This document shows positions 28,067 to 36,563 of a stretch of DNA of 64,000 nucleotides, one piece after another. The notes beneath the pieces were generated by a model. The model did not search any database. It saw only the letters and a list, made by a program, of their open reading frames with translations, and was not told the DNA's origin. Location of the stretch: sequence record MN850621.1; one strand, given 5' to 3'. Position 1 is the first letter of the stretch; each line of letters starts with the position of its first letter. A program made the translations under genes and the position numbers. The DNA comes from Escherichia phage dhabil.

Positions 28067-28855
28067 ATGGCGATTGTAGGATTACCTGGTTGGATTGGAC
28101 AATCTGCGGTTGACGAAACAGGTCAACGTTGGATGGATGCTGCAATGCGAGATGTTCGTGTTGCAGTTCCAGGCTGGATGGGTTCGATGGCTAACCAATC
28201 AAAAGAAATTTACTTATCTATAGGGGCTAACCATAACTATGATAGAAATAGTCTAATCAACTGGATGAGAGCTCAAGGTGGCGCGCCCGTAGTTATTACT
28301 ATAACAGGCGATTTAGTATCCAATAGTACAGGTAATGCTTGTTTAGAATTTCCTAGCGACCTTCCTAATGCATATATTCAACTTACTATTAATAGTGGTG
28401 TAACTGTTTATGGACGTGGTGGTAATGGTTCAACTAACGGTTCAGCAGGCGGAAATGGTGGTGTTGCGATACGTAACTCAGCAGGAACCAAATTACGCAT
28501 TCGGAACAACGGTACTATTGCTGGCGGTGGTGGCGGTGGTGGCGCAGTATCATTGCAAAATAACTACCCGACTAACGGTTCCTGTGGTGGCGGTGGTGGT
28601 AGACCATTCGGCGTCGGCGGGAAAATAGGGACGGATAGCATATTGTCCGGTTCAAACGCATCCCTAACTGCTGCAGGCACAGGTGGTACCACGGTCCAAT
28701 ACGGCGCGGGTAATGGCGGTAACGTTGGTGCTGGCGGCGGACGAGGATGGGGTTCTAACGTTTATACTTCTGCAGGTGGTTCTGCTGGTGCAGCCGTTAC
28801 AGGTAATGCTCCTTCTTGGCAAAACGTTGGTACTATTCACGGCAGCCGAGTTTAA
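28067..28855 (+). CDS. 38: Tail fiber adhesin gp38 (T2-type, glycine-rich motifs)
   Basis: 262 aa; N-terminus MAIVGLPGWIGQSAVDETGQRWM like T2-type gp38; C-terminal half carries poly-glycine islands. Confidence 0.8.
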   Translation: MAIVGLPGWIGQSAVDETGQRWMDAAMRDVRVAVPGWMGSMANQSKEIYLSIGANHNYDRNSLINWMRAQGGAPVVITITGDLVSNSTGNACLEFPSDLPNAYIQLTINSGVTVYGRGGNGSTNGSAGGNGGVAIRNSAGTKLRIRNNGTIAGGGGGGGAVSLQNNYPTNGSCGGGGGRPFGVGGKIGTDSILSGSNASLTAAGTGGTTVQYGAGNGGNVGAGGGRGWGSNVYTSAGGSAGAAVTGNAPSWQNVGTIHGSRV

Positions 28856-28866
28856 TACTTCTGTAT

Positions 28867-28874
28867 TATAAATA
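28867..28874 (+). promoter_or_regulatory. Late promoter (TATAAATA) for holin gene t
   Basis: Exact TATAAATA 18 nt upstream of the t ATG; GGAG Shine-Dalgarno between. Confidence 0.7.
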
Positions 28875-28892
28875 TCTTTAAAGGAGAAAAGT

Positions 28893-29546
28893 ATGGAACC
28901 AAAAGTAGGATTTTCGATAACAGACCTACTTTTTGGACTTCTTGATAGAATTTTTAAAGATACTTCTTCCGGGAAAGTAGTTTTTTCCCGGGTCCTAGTC
29001 GTAATATTATTGTTCTTTATGGCATTGGTTTGGTATAAAGGCGAGCATATTCTAAACTTTTACAAAGAGACAACTTATGCCTCTTATACTGAAATGATTA
29101 GACAAGACCAGGACAATAGATTTAAAATTGCGGCTATCGAGCAGCTCCGAATAGTGCATTCTTCTTCAGGCGCAGACTTCACAGCAATATATTCTTTTAG
29201 GCCAACCAACATGAATTATTTTGTGGATATGGTAGCTTATGAGGGTAAATTACCGGAAACGGTAGACGCAAAAAATACGGGAGGATTCCCGATTGACAAA
29301 ACGTCAGTAGAGTATATGGCGGGAGTTAACGGGAACTATTTTGAATCATCTACTGAATCTGTGTTTCTCCCTACAAAGGAGAAAACCCATTTCACTTATA
29401 TGTTTTCATGCCCGTTTTTTAATTTGGATAACATCTATGCCGGCTCGATATCATTATATTGGTACGATATCAAACCGGATTTAGGATTTCCTAGACTTTC
29501 GTCTATGTGTGGTCAGGCTGGGAGAACATTAGGTCGAACTCGTTAA
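28893..29546 (+). CDS. t: Holin (T4 gpt-type, lysis-inhibition capable)
   Basis: 217 aa; one N-terminal TM segment and large periplasmic domain; strong similarity to T4 T (ILFG.LDR.FKD...GKV...SRV.VVILLF, NYFVD..AYEGKLP, YMFSCPFFNLDNIYAG). Confidence 0.9.
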   Translation: MEPKVGFSITDLLFGLLDRIFKDTSSGKVVFSRVLVVILLFFMALVWYKGEHILNFYKETTYASYTEMIRQDQDNRFKIAAIEQLRIVHSSSGADFTAIYSFRPTNMNYFVDMVAYEGKLPETVDAKNTGGFPIDKTSVEYMAGVNGNYFESSTESVFLPTKEKTHFTYMFSCPFFNLDNIYAGSISLYWYDIKPDLGFPRLSSMCGQAGRTLGRTR

Positions 29547-29818
29547 AAATTGGAGGTATACATCATTAGATAACGGTGTATATCTTCATACCCTTCATTA
29601 AATTGCTCAATAAGAGTATCACGTTCATCTTCAGTTAAAGACTTAAAGAGTTTATTAAAAGATAGGCCATTAAGTTCCTTTCCATGTTCATTACGAATAC
29701 CCAACTCATTCAAAAAGGCAATAAACTCATCACGACGTTGCATGATGTCTTCACAATCCGTTTTAATCAAAATAGAAACAATAGTAGCAATTTCGGAAAC
29801 GATTTCAATTTTAGTCAT
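29543..29818 (-). CDS. asiA: Anti-sigma70 factor AsiA
   Basis: 91 aa; blocks ANFIAFLNE.G and DTLIEQFNEGYEDIHRYLMMYT match T4 AsiA as I recall it; converges tail-to-tail on t with a 4-nt overlap. Confidence 0.85.
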   Translation of the reverse strand: MTKIEIVSEIATIVSILIKTDCEDIMQRRDEFIAFLNELGIRNEHGKELNGLSFNKLFKSLTEDERDTLIEQFNEGYEDIHRYLMMYTSNF

Positions 29819-29876
29819 TTTAATTTACTCAAGTATTCAATAGGACATTCATTTATTCAGTAAGAATATTGTAACA

Positions 29877-30041
29877 CTATTCTTCTGGGTTGTACACATG
29901 ATTTTTCATCTGTACAACATATTCCTGATACATTTCTTCGATAGGTTCCAGGAACTTAAAATCGGCTCCTAGGAATTCCTCAAAGCAAGCCTGCTCGCGT
30001 GTACGCTGGCCAGTAATGGTATTCTCTAAGTTATGACTCAT
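29877..30041 (-). CDS. Small acidic protein (54 aa), not in ORF track
   Basis: Translated by hand: MSHNLENTITGQRTREQACFEEFLGADFKFLEPIEEMYQEYVVQMKNHVYNPEE. Confidence 0.3.
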   Translation of the reverse strand: MSHNLENTITGQRTREQACFEEFLGADFKFLEPIEEMYQEYVVQMKNHVYNPEE

Positions 30042-30130
30042 AGCCTTTACCCTTATGTTTCTGTTTACGTTTGGACTCTTTAAAGTTTTTCTTCTTGTCC
30101 TTATGGACTGAAGCCTTATTGAAATCGTGC

Positions 30131-30412
30131 TTAGCTACAAGGTTGTTCACGTAATTTCCTTAATTGATATTCAAGAGAACTGATAATTTCTTTATTAGTT
30201 GCAATATACATATCACGTAGGAACGGCTTCAACCCTTCCATATTCCCATGGATTGTCTTAGAACTAATATTCTTTATATATTCATGGTCTAATGCATCCC
30301 AAGCCGGTTGGTTGACATAAGTTCCCCAGTTGTCTTCCAGCATAACATTCAGACGTTTAATATGGTTGATATGGGCTTCGATTGCATCAATCTGGAGTTG
30401 TTTAAGATTCAT
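30131..30412 (-). CDS. Hypothetical protein (93 aa)
   Basis: ORF in operon orientation between asiA and motA; no motif recognised. Confidence 0.45.
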   Translation of the reverse strand: MNLKQLQIDAIEAHINHIKRLNVMLEDNWGTYVNQPAWDALDHEYIKNISSKTIHGNMEGLKPFLRDMYIATNKEIISSLEYQLRKLREQPCS

Positions 30413-30900
30413 TAGTAAAGGTCCTCAGAGTAAAGTTCTTTTTCACTACCACCACGTTCAATACGAACTTGATTAGCATATGTTGCAATAATCATTGCTT
30501 CTTCGCGAGTCCAATAATTTGAGTATTGGTCGATAAATCCTTGGTCATCACCACAAACATGCTCTGACACAAGTTTATCACTTACTTGGTCAAGCACTTC
30601 TGCCATATCTTTTGAATAATGTCTGGCTCCTGGAATAACCAGAGTCCCACCGTCTTTTAACTTAAAGCGATTGGCTGCGCATACAATTCGACGTTGGTAT
30701 TTTTCATTGTTATTCCAATGAGCAATCTGCCAACAGATTTCAGGAACCTCTTCTAAAACATCCTCTTCCGAATATTCAGTGTAATCACCGTAGGCTCGTA
30801 ATTTAGCTGCTAAGCTTTCAGGCGTCTCGCGAGAAAGAGCTTTATCTAACAAGGCCATACGGTCTTTAAAGGATAATTCTTTACCTTTTAACAGATTCAT
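30412..30900 (-). CDS. Hypothetical protein (162 aa)
   Basis: ORF with start/stop overlap to neighbours; no motif recognised. Confidence 0.5.
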   Translation of the reverse strand: MNLLKGKELSFKDRMALLDKALSRETPESLAAKLRAYGDYTEYSEEDVLEEVPEICWQIAHWNNNEKYQRRIVCAANRFKLKDGGTLVIPGARHYSKDMAEVLDQVSDKLVSEHVCGDDQGFIDQYSNYWTREEAMIIATYANQVRIERGGSEKELYSEDLY

Positions 30901-31256
30901 TTCACAATCACCTTATAGCCTTTAACTTTGGAAAATGATTGGATTTTGGAACCTGTTTCTATCAACATATCCTCATTCGAAGAAGATAAACTGATGTTCA
31001 CAATTTGACCTTTACCGTATGGGTTGATAGAAACTTCTTCCTTAGCAATCATAGCTAAAAATCTATTTAACTGCATACCAAATTCAAGAGTCACGTCATG
31101 AATACGGAGATTAAGCTGGTATACTTTCTTAACACCGTTAACTAAGGAAGCCATTTCATTCCAGGCATTACGTTGTTCTTCGCGAGGCTCTTCAATCAAT
31201 TTAAGGGAATGGCCTTCGCCGTCCCAGTTAAGTTCCATTGGAATCATTTGAACCAT
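30897..31256 (-). CDS. Hypothetical protein (119 aa)
   Basis: ORF in operon orientation. Confidence 0.45.
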   Translation of the reverse strand: MVQMIPMELNWDGEGHSLKLIEEPREEQRNAWNEMASLVNGVKKVYQLNLRIHDVTLEFGMQLNRFLAMIAKEEVSINPYGKGQIVNISLSSSNEDMLIETGSKIQSFSKVKGYKVIVK

Positions 31257-31573
31257 CCTTTAACACGTTGCCATAAAGTTTTCTGTTGAGCTTTATTTAC
31301 ACCAATTGAACGAATAACCGGTTGTGATTCCTGGTATTCTTTGTAGTCGGCTTTATAGACTTCATAAGCGGCCGGAACAAAGGTGCTGATGGCAGCCATA
31401 AAGTTCTTACGAATTCCCATAGAAGCTTCAGAACCACCACGGATGATTAGGTATTTACCTGCTTTAATCTTAACAATAGTTCCAAGATAAGCGCCATGGT
31501 ACCAAATATCCCAACCTTCTTGAGTAGGTTCTGCACAACGACGAAGTTCATTAACAATATTCAGCTTGTTCAT
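31244..31573 (-). CDS. Hypothetical protein (109 aa)
   Basis: ORF in operon orientation. Confidence 0.45.
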   Translation of the reverse strand: MNKLNIVNELRRCAEPTQEGWDIWYHGAYLGTIVKIKAGKYLIIRGGSEASMGIRKNFMAAISTFVPAAYEVYKADYKEYQESQPVIRSIGVNKAQQKTLWQRVKGWFK

Positions 31574-31591
31574 AATAATTTCCTCAGCCAG

Positions 31592-32224
31592 TTAAATTGC
31601 GTTGGTTACGGTTTTGATAACTTCAGATGATACGTTTTGGAAGTCGATATAAGTATTCTTACCACCAGTCTTAATCTTAACATCAAGACTCAAGGAAGTA
31701 AACACTTGTTTTTCTTTATCGGTCATATTATAACCGAAAATACGCATCATTCCGTCACGACGGACTTCGATTTGACGAATACCGTTGGTACGTTTAGCGA
31801 ATCGAACTTCAAGATTGCTACGGTTTTCAGCGATTTCACGAATCTCGATACGGTCTTCTAACAAAGATTTAACTTCATCAGCCAGTACCACCATTTCAGG
31901 AGTAACACCACGTGAACTGCGAGTTTTACGTTTTTCCAACATCTCTGGAGCATTTTCAGAAGCGAACAGGTCAGCAGCTTTTTGAACTAGGTCCATTGCT
32001 TCACCTGTAGCCACCAGTCCATCACCAGATTTTTCGATGAATCCTTTCTTAATCAATACACCAATGTTAGAGTTAACTACCGCAGCACTAAATTGTTCAC
32101 TCAGGGCTTCGCGGACTTCGCCTGAAGTGATGAAGTTATTCTTGATGATATGTACTAAGATAGAAGCCGTTTTTTCATTCAGGACGTCTTCAGAAGCTTT
32201 GATGATATAAGTAATTTTAGACAT
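31592..32224 (-). CDS. motA: Middle-transcription activator MotA
   Basis: 210 aa; N-terminus MSKITYIIKAS.DVLNEKTA...NSNIGVLIKKG..EKSGDGL and C-terminal RTNGIR...MRIFGY closely resemble T4 MotA. Confidence 0.8.
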   Translation of the reverse strand: MSKITYIIKASEDVLNEKTASILVHIIKNNFITSGEVREALSEQFSAAVVNSNIGVLIKKGFIEKSGDGLVATGEAMDLVQKAADLFASENAPEMLEKRKTRSSRGVTPEMVVLADEVKSLLEDRIEIREIAENRSNLEVRFAKRTNGIRQIEVRRDGMMRIFGYNMTDKEKQVFTSLSLDVKIKTGGKNTYIDFQNVSSEVIKTVTNAI

Positions 32225-32258
32225 TTTAATCTCCGATAACCATTTATTTGATAGGTCT

Positions 32259-32287
32259 ATAGTATCATGTTTAAAGCAGAAGTAAAC
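32259..32287 (-). promoter_or_regulatory. Early-promoter cassette for motA
   Basis: Minus strand GTTTAC - 17 nt - TACTAT - AGACCTATCAAATAAATGG; near-identical copy of cassette 32584..32612. Confidence 0.55.
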
Positions 32288-32295
32288 TTTATTTT

Positions 32296-32315
32296 GAGCT
32301 CTTTTCCAAGAGCTC
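32296..32315 (-). other. RNA hairpin downstream of ORF 32329..32544
   Basis: 8-bp inverted repeat GAGCTCTT / AAGAGCTC with 4-nt loop. Confidence 0.35.
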
Positions 32316-32328
32316 TGGTAAAAATTAC

Positions 32329-32544
32329 TTAGATTGATAGGTCTTTAATCTCGGCGATTAAAGCGGCTTTTCCTTCACGAAGTTTTTCCAGTTCACGACC
32401 ATTAGAGCCGCGAACTACTAAGGAATTTATCTCCACTTCCAGCCAATTTAGTTTTTCAACTAGTTCTTTACGTTTAGCATTCATACCAGGTTTAACTTTA
32501 CCGAAACGGATGGTAGCGTTTTGGGTATTTTTCATCTTATTCAT
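32329..32544 (-). CDS. Hypothetical basic protein (71 aa)
   Basis: ORF flanked by two near-identical early-promoter cassettes. Confidence 0.5.
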   Translation of the reverse strand: MNKMKNTQNATIRFGKVKPGMNAKRKELVEKLNWLEVEINSLVVRGSNGRELEKLREGKAALIAEIKDLSI

Positions 32545-32583
32545 TTTTGTATCTCCATTTCACTCTGTTGTTTTGATAGGTCT

Positions 32584-32612
32584 ATAGTATCATGTTTAAA
32601 GCAGATGTAAAT
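32584..32612 (-). promoter_or_regulatory. Early-promoter cassette (ATTTAC -35 variant)
   Basis: Minus strand ATTTAC - 17 nt - TACTAT - AGACCTATCAAAACAACAG. Confidence 0.45.
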
Positions 32613-32630
32613 ACTTTTTTGCACTAAACC

Positions 32631-32652
32631 AAAAAAGGAACCCGAAGGTTCC
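32631..32652 (-). terminator. Intrinsic terminator after the gene 52 / small-peptide pair
   Basis: GGAACC-CGAA-GGTTCC flanked by A run (5' on plus strand) and T run, so terminator-like in both directions. Confidence 0.55.
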
Positions 32653-32757
32653 TTACTTTTTAAAGTGTGCTGCTATTAAACCTATAGCTAAGCCCGTCGC
32701 CAGGCCTAGGATAACAGCAAAGATACAGAGTAACAAGAACTCGACTCCAAGGCTCAT
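32653..32757 (-). CDS. Small hydrophobic peptide (34 aa), not in ORF track
   Basis: MSLGVEFLLLCIFAVILGLATGLAIGLIAAHFKK; ATG overlaps the gene 52 stop (ATGA), terminator directly downstream. Confidence 0.4.
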   Translation of the reverse strand: MSLGVEFLLLCIFAVILGLATGLAIGLIAAHFKK

Positions 32758-34133
32758 AGAGCCTCCAAATCTTTAACATACTCAGTTACAACATCAGTGG
32801 TTTTCCAGTATTGATGCTCTTCTTTCTTAGCCTTGGCTTCCAAAGCCAGTTTCTTAGCTTCATCGGACGTGATATGGAAAATGTTCATTGCTACGAGTTT
32901 ATCAGCATATTCACCGTAGACTTTATTACCGGCCAATTCTTCGGTTAAAACCTTACGGGTCTTACCTTGGATAACCACTACACCGTCAATAACATCTTTA
33001 ATGAATGTAGCTTTAGCCAATGCCAGTTTGAAAGCTTCTTCGGTTTCGATGATTTTACCATCAATACGTTTTTGTACAAAGGTCTTACGGACCTCAACGA
33101 AATCACGAATCAGTTCAACTGCATCTTCGTAAACCTTAAGTTTACCTTTCTCATTAATGACGGTCAGGTTTTGCGAACGACGTTCGATTAACCCGAAGTC
33201 CTTCATGATTTTTTCGTGCTTCTTATTTTCTTCAGTAGGCAATTCATATTCTTTACGAATCTTAACCTTGAAGCCGAAACCATTCTCGTCACAGTCGTCA
33301 TCATACGTGATATACCCTTTGTCTTCTAAAGGGTCCAACACCTTAGCCACGTATGTTTCACGGTCATATTTGTACGGGATTTCTGTAATATGCATTTGGG
33401 TTCGAGAGGTGAACTTATACGTTCCACGAATCTCATAACTTCCAGGTTCAATCTCAACAACTTCACCACGGAATTCCGGATAAGCTACCTTAGGCTTGGT
33501 TACGCGTTTTTCTTGAAGAACCTGCAATACAGCTTTCTTAACAGAATCAAAACTATGAGGAAGAATATTAGTTGCATAACCAGTTGCAATACCGGAAATA
33601 CCATTAAGAAGAACAGTAGGAATAATAGGCAGATAAAAAGCTGGTGGCTTATGTTCGACATCCGCATGAACCGGAGCATATTCTGTATCCTTATAAACCT
33701 TTGCGAAATTAGTTCCAATTCGTGCAAAAATATAACGAGAGGCTGCAGCCTTTTGAACTAATCGAGAACCAAAGTTACCTTGGCCATCCAACAGTGGGAA
33801 GTTGTTGTTCCATGTGTTAGCCATCAAAGCCCCTGCTTCCTGAGCAGAACCTTCACCATGGTGATATCCAAGGTCGGCTACACCACCTGCAATAGAAGCT
33901 AGTTTGTGGAATTTTTCTTTATTACCACGAGCCATATCAAGACAACGAGCAACTACAAAACGTTGTACAGGTTTAAAGCCATCAATCATATTTGGAATGG
34001 CGCGGTTTTCGACAGTATACATTGCGTAAGCCAGCGCTTCGTTGTCGATAATGCTTTTTAAGTCACGACGAGTAAAAGCGTCATCGTAAACATCTAAGGA
34101 TTGTTTAAAAAGGGTATCAATTACATCAGCCAT
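32754..34133 (-). CDS. 52: DNA topoisomerase II medium subunit gp52 (GyrA-like cleavage subunit)
   Basis: 459 aa; GyrA/ParC-like N-terminal region; position after motA as in T4. Confidence 0.85.
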   Translation of the reverse strand: MADVIDTLFKQSLDVYDDAFTRRDLKSIIDNEALAYAMYTVENRAIPNMIDGFKPVQRFVVARCLDMARGNKEKFHKLASIAGGVADLGYHHGEGSAQEAGALMANTWNNNFPLLDGQGNFGSRLVQKAAASRYIFARIGTNFAKVYKDTEYAPVHADVEHKPPAFYLPIIPTVLLNGISGIATGYATNILPHSFDSVKKAVLQVLQEKRVTKPKVAYPEFRGEVVEIEPGSYEIRGTYKFTSRTQMHITEIPYKYDRETYVAKVLDPLEDKGYITYDDDCDENGFGFKVKIRKEYELPTEENKKHEKIMKDFGLIERRSQNLTVINEKGKLKVYEDAVELIRDFVEVRKTFVQKRIDGKIIETEEAFKLALAKATFIKDVIDGVVVIQGKTRKVLTEELAGNKVYGEYADKLVAMNIFHITSDEAKKLALEAKAKKEEHQYWKTTDVVTEYVKDLEAL

Positions 34134-34137
34134 AATT

Positions 34138-34278
34138 TTACCATACTAGTGAATGAATAACCATAATAACATCGGAAATAAAAAGCACAACTTGGATAAG
34201 ACCGAATATTACTCCATAATACAGCGCTACTAATAAAGCAGCAAGGGCTACAGAGTAGCCCAAGATTTTCTTAATCAT
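34138..34278 (-). CDS. Small membrane peptide (46 aa), not in ORF track
   Basis: MIKKILGYSVALAALLVALYYGVIFGLIQVVLFISDVIMVIHSLVW; stop 4 nt before the gene 52 ATG; in the position of the T4 ac/stp small genes. Confidence 0.35.
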   Translation of the reverse strand: MIKKILGYSVALAALLVALYYGVIFGLIQVVLFISDVIMVIHSLVW

Positions 34279-34432
34279 TTTTAATCATCTTAAGTAAACC
34301 GACAAAAGTAGAAAGAACCCAGCCAATAAACAGAAAACTTAAGAATACCGGACCAGGGGTCCATACACCTAAAAAGAAGCAAACTGAACAGACCATAGCC
34401 ATAATAAGTTCAATAAAAACTAGGATAATCAT
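34271..34432 (-). CDS. Small membrane protein (53 aa), not in ORF track
   Basis: MIILVFIELIMAMVCSVCFFLGVWTPGPVFLSFLFIGWVLSTFVGLLKMIKND; 8-nt overlap with the next small ORF. Confidence 0.35.
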   Translation of the reverse strand: MIILVFIELIMAMVCSVCFFLGVWTPGPVFLSFLFIGWVLSTFVGLLKMIKND

Positions 34433-34519
34433 ATTTTCCTCATTAGCGTCCGAAGACGCCTTTAGTTTTAAGATTGTTACGATAGAACTGCATCACATGT
34501 TCGTTATGGAAATTACTCA

Positions 34520-34969
34520 TTAGTAAGCCTGCAGAACGAATTTGAAGTTATCGGCCAACATACGGTTCATTTCTTCCAGTGTCTGGAGGTCTGAACTATG
34601 GTTGCGAGTGAAAGCCATAGCGATTTGACCTTTACCGAAGCCTGTAGTCAGTGGTTTCATTTTAGAAGCCGGCACATAAAGAACTTCATACACAACACCA
34701 TTCACTGCCATAGTGCGAGCTGATTGTGAACGTTTCTTACGAATGTTAGCTACGATACCATCAAGACCTTGAGCTGAACGTTGGTTGCCGACATAAAAGC
34801 GTGCAGCTACGACACGAGAATCTGCTTCACCTTTAACAAAGAAGTAGAAGCCTGGCTGGGCTGAGATTTCTTTAGAAGGCTTACCATTTTGGTATTCGCC
34901 ATTCTTAACATAAGCAACAGTAGTAGCACCAGCAGACAGAACGTTACCGCGAGTCATATAAGTATTCAT
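34520..34969 (-). CDS. ndd: Nucleoid disruption protein Ndd
   Basis: 149 aa; C-terminal block [22 protein letters not shown]...[19 protein letters not shown] resembles T4 Ndd as I recall it; position consistent. Confidence 0.65.
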
Positions 34970-35018
34970 ATCAATTTCCTCAGTAGATTAATGTTTTGTT
35001 ATCCAGTCAACGAGAACC

Positions 35019-35047
35019 ATTATAACATGATTCTCGAGGTTGTAAAC
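35019..35047 (-). promoter_or_regulatory. Early promoter (canonical GTTTAC-N17-TATAAT) for ndd
   Basis: Minus strand GTTTAC - 17 nt - TATAAT, about 50 nt upstream of the ndd ATG. Confidence 0.6.
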
Positions 35048-35391
35048 TATTTTTGTAGCTGTTCTAAAATAAATCCGCTAGTATAAAAGGGAGCATTATA
35101 AACCTTGTTCAGTGGGTTCAAAGCCTGTCCGTAAGTATCACGTAGTTCTTTGATAACGTTTTCATAACTCACGTAGTAAGCACTATGATAACCAGGGTCC
35201 ATACTCATACGAAATTTAATGAACCGATAAAAGCCTGTTTCCGGGTCTTGAACGAAAACGAAATCAGCACTCGTCATAATCTTTGAATGTACGCCGGGAA
35301 TCATACTTTGATTGAATGCCACCGATGCATCCTGAAGGCTGAGTTGTTTAAAGAACATTACCTTAGCATTACCAAAAAAGATTTTAGACAT
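35047..35391 (-). CDS. Hypothetical protein (114 aa)
   Basis: ORF abutting the ndd promoter. Confidence 0.45.
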   Translation of the reverse strand: MSKIFFGNAKVMFFKQLSLQDASVAFNQSMIPGVHSKIMTSADFVFVQDPETGFYRFIKFRMSMDPGYHSAYYVSYENVIKELRDTYGQALNPLNKVYNAPFYTSGFILEQLQK

Positions 35392-35405
35392 GATAATTTC
35401 CTCAA

Positions 35406-35651
35406 TTATTCAGGGTCAACTGCGCCATCCCACAGGTCAACTTCTTCTGATGATTCCATCAGTTCATCAACTGTGAAGCACTCAGTATTATTTTCAATAG
35501 CAAAACGCTTTTGATAAAAAGGATAATCCAAACAGTTTTCAGTACGAATAGGCCGCTCGCTATTATCCATTAAAGGAGAAATACGAATCAATTGTTGACC
35601 ATTACCTAAGACAAATTTTTCACCAACTGCGATATCTTTAAAAAGTTTCAT
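35406..35651 (-). CDS. Hypothetical protein (about 81 aa)
   Basis: ORF track 35406..35693 begins at a TTG; ATG at 35651 has GAGGA 7 nt upstream. Confidence 0.45.
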   Translation of the reverse strand: MKLFKDIAVGEKFVLGNGQQLIRISPLMDNSERPIRTENCLDYPFYQKRFAIENNTECFTVDELMESSEEVDLWDGAVDPE

Positions 35652-35661
35652 AATATTTTCC

Positions 35662-35778
35662 TCAGAAGTTAAAGAATACACGTACATGGTCAATCATAAA
35701 AACTATTGGGAAAATGCTCAATACAACCAATAACACAAACATGTTCCAAATTGCTTTAAGTAAGTTTTTCATAATCAT
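35662..35778 (-). CDS. Small membrane peptide (38 aa), not in ORF track
   Basis: MIMKNLLKAIWNMFVLLVVLSIFPIVFMIDHVRVFFNF; first ORF after cassette 35799..35827. Confidence 0.35.
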   Translation of the reverse strand: MIMKNLLKAIWNMFVLLVVLSIFPIVFMIDHVRVFFNF

Positions 35779-35798
35779 CTCCATTAGTTGATAGGTCT

Positions 35799-35827
35799 AT
35801 AATATCATGTCTAATGGAGATGTAAAC
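35799..35827 (-). promoter_or_regulatory. Early-promoter cassette
   Basis: Minus strand GTTTAC - 17 nt - TATTAT - AGACCTATCAACTAATGGAG; 10-bp inverted repeat 35778-35787 / 35811-35820. Confidence 0.55.
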
Positions 35828-35882
35828 ATTGATTGTTATCATTATTACTGGAAATAATATCACTCATATTAAGCGCCAGAAC

Positions 35883-36074
35883 CTACTCAAACCCTGCGCT
35901 CCCAATTTCAAGGTTAGAGCGGTTGTCAAAGATTTTGCACCGACCTTTAACCTGGCTGGATGCGTAGAACTCCGCAGTTTCTTGAACATCAAAAGCATAC
36001 AACCTTGTTTCTAAATCGCGATAACGTGGTTCGCCGTTAAGTTCAAACCAAATCATAATAGTTACTGGGATCAT
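35883..36074 (-). CDS. Hypothetical protein (63 aa)
   Basis: ORF downstream of promoter-like element 36107..36135. Confidence 0.4.
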   Translation of the reverse strand: MIPVTIMIWFELNGEPRYRDLETRLYAFDVQETAEFYASSQVKGRCKIFDNRSNLEIGSAGFE

Positions 36075-36106
36075 TTTCGGGTTCCTTGTTTGTTGGTGTA
36101 TGAGTA

Positions 36107-36135
36107 CTATAACATGCTAAATCTGAGATGTAAAC
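36107..36135 (-). promoter_or_regulatory. Early-promoter-like element
   Basis: Minus strand GTTTAC - 17 nt - TTATAG; weaker -10. Confidence 0.35.
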
Positions 36136-36225
36136 TGATTTATGCTAATTTCCACAACAATAAACTAAAGCATATACAAATAATTGGAATACAAGTCATC
36201 CAAATAAGGCACCACGTTTTGCTAC

Positions 36226-36492
36226 TCAAAACACCACCTCTTTTATCTCAATCAATCCCCTGTGCAATGCGGTGCGAAGGTCATAAAGGATATCTATACC
36301 GTCAACATTATCCAGTTTACCGTCGATAAGTTTTTGTAAATCTTTTTTTGACGCTATCAAAGGGCGGAGAAATTTACATTCAGAAAGAGATAACTCTGTA
36401 GTAACATCATCACCTTCACCTGATGCATCATACATAGCGGCGACAACCATACCCGTAACTTTGTGTTTAGCGTAATATAATTTGATATCCAT
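36226..36492 (-). CDS. Hypothetical protein (about 88 aa)
   Basis: ORF track start 36552 lies in the promoter leader; ATG at 36492 follows the GAGGAG of the cassette. Confidence 0.5.
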   Translation of the reverse strand: MDIKLYYAKHKVTGMVVAAMYDASGEGDDVTTELSLSECKFLRPLIASKKDLQKLIDGKLDNVDGIDILYDLRTALHRGLIEIKEVVF

Positions 36493-36520
36493 TTTGTTCT
36501 CCTCATTAGTTGATAGGAAG

Positions 36521-36550
36521 ATAGTAACACCATCCATGGCGTATGTAAAC
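36521..36550 (-). promoter_or_regulatory. Early-promoter cassette
   Basis: Minus strand GTTTAC - 18 nt - TACTAT - CTTCCTATCAACTAATGAGGAGAA - ATG. Confidence 0.5.
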
Positions 36551-36563
36551 ACTTATTTTAAAA

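Noticed and set aside
28500-28560. Poly-glycine codon tract in gene 38 as a programmed frameshift site
   Set aside because: The reading frame is continuous through the tract and the downstream motifs stay in frame; variability is more likely than recoding
30412-30900. 162-aa ORF first considered as MotB because T4 MotB is also 162 aa
   Set aside because: It lies between asiA and motA, not next to dexA where T4 motB sits; the length match is coincidental, so it is left as hypothetical
32271-32278. TGCTTTA (MotA-box-like) strings inside early-promoter cassettes at 32271-32278 and 32597-32604
   Set aside because: They are only 7 nt from the -10 hexamer, whereas functional MotA boxes sit 11-13 nt away; treated as chance matches inside duplicated cassettes
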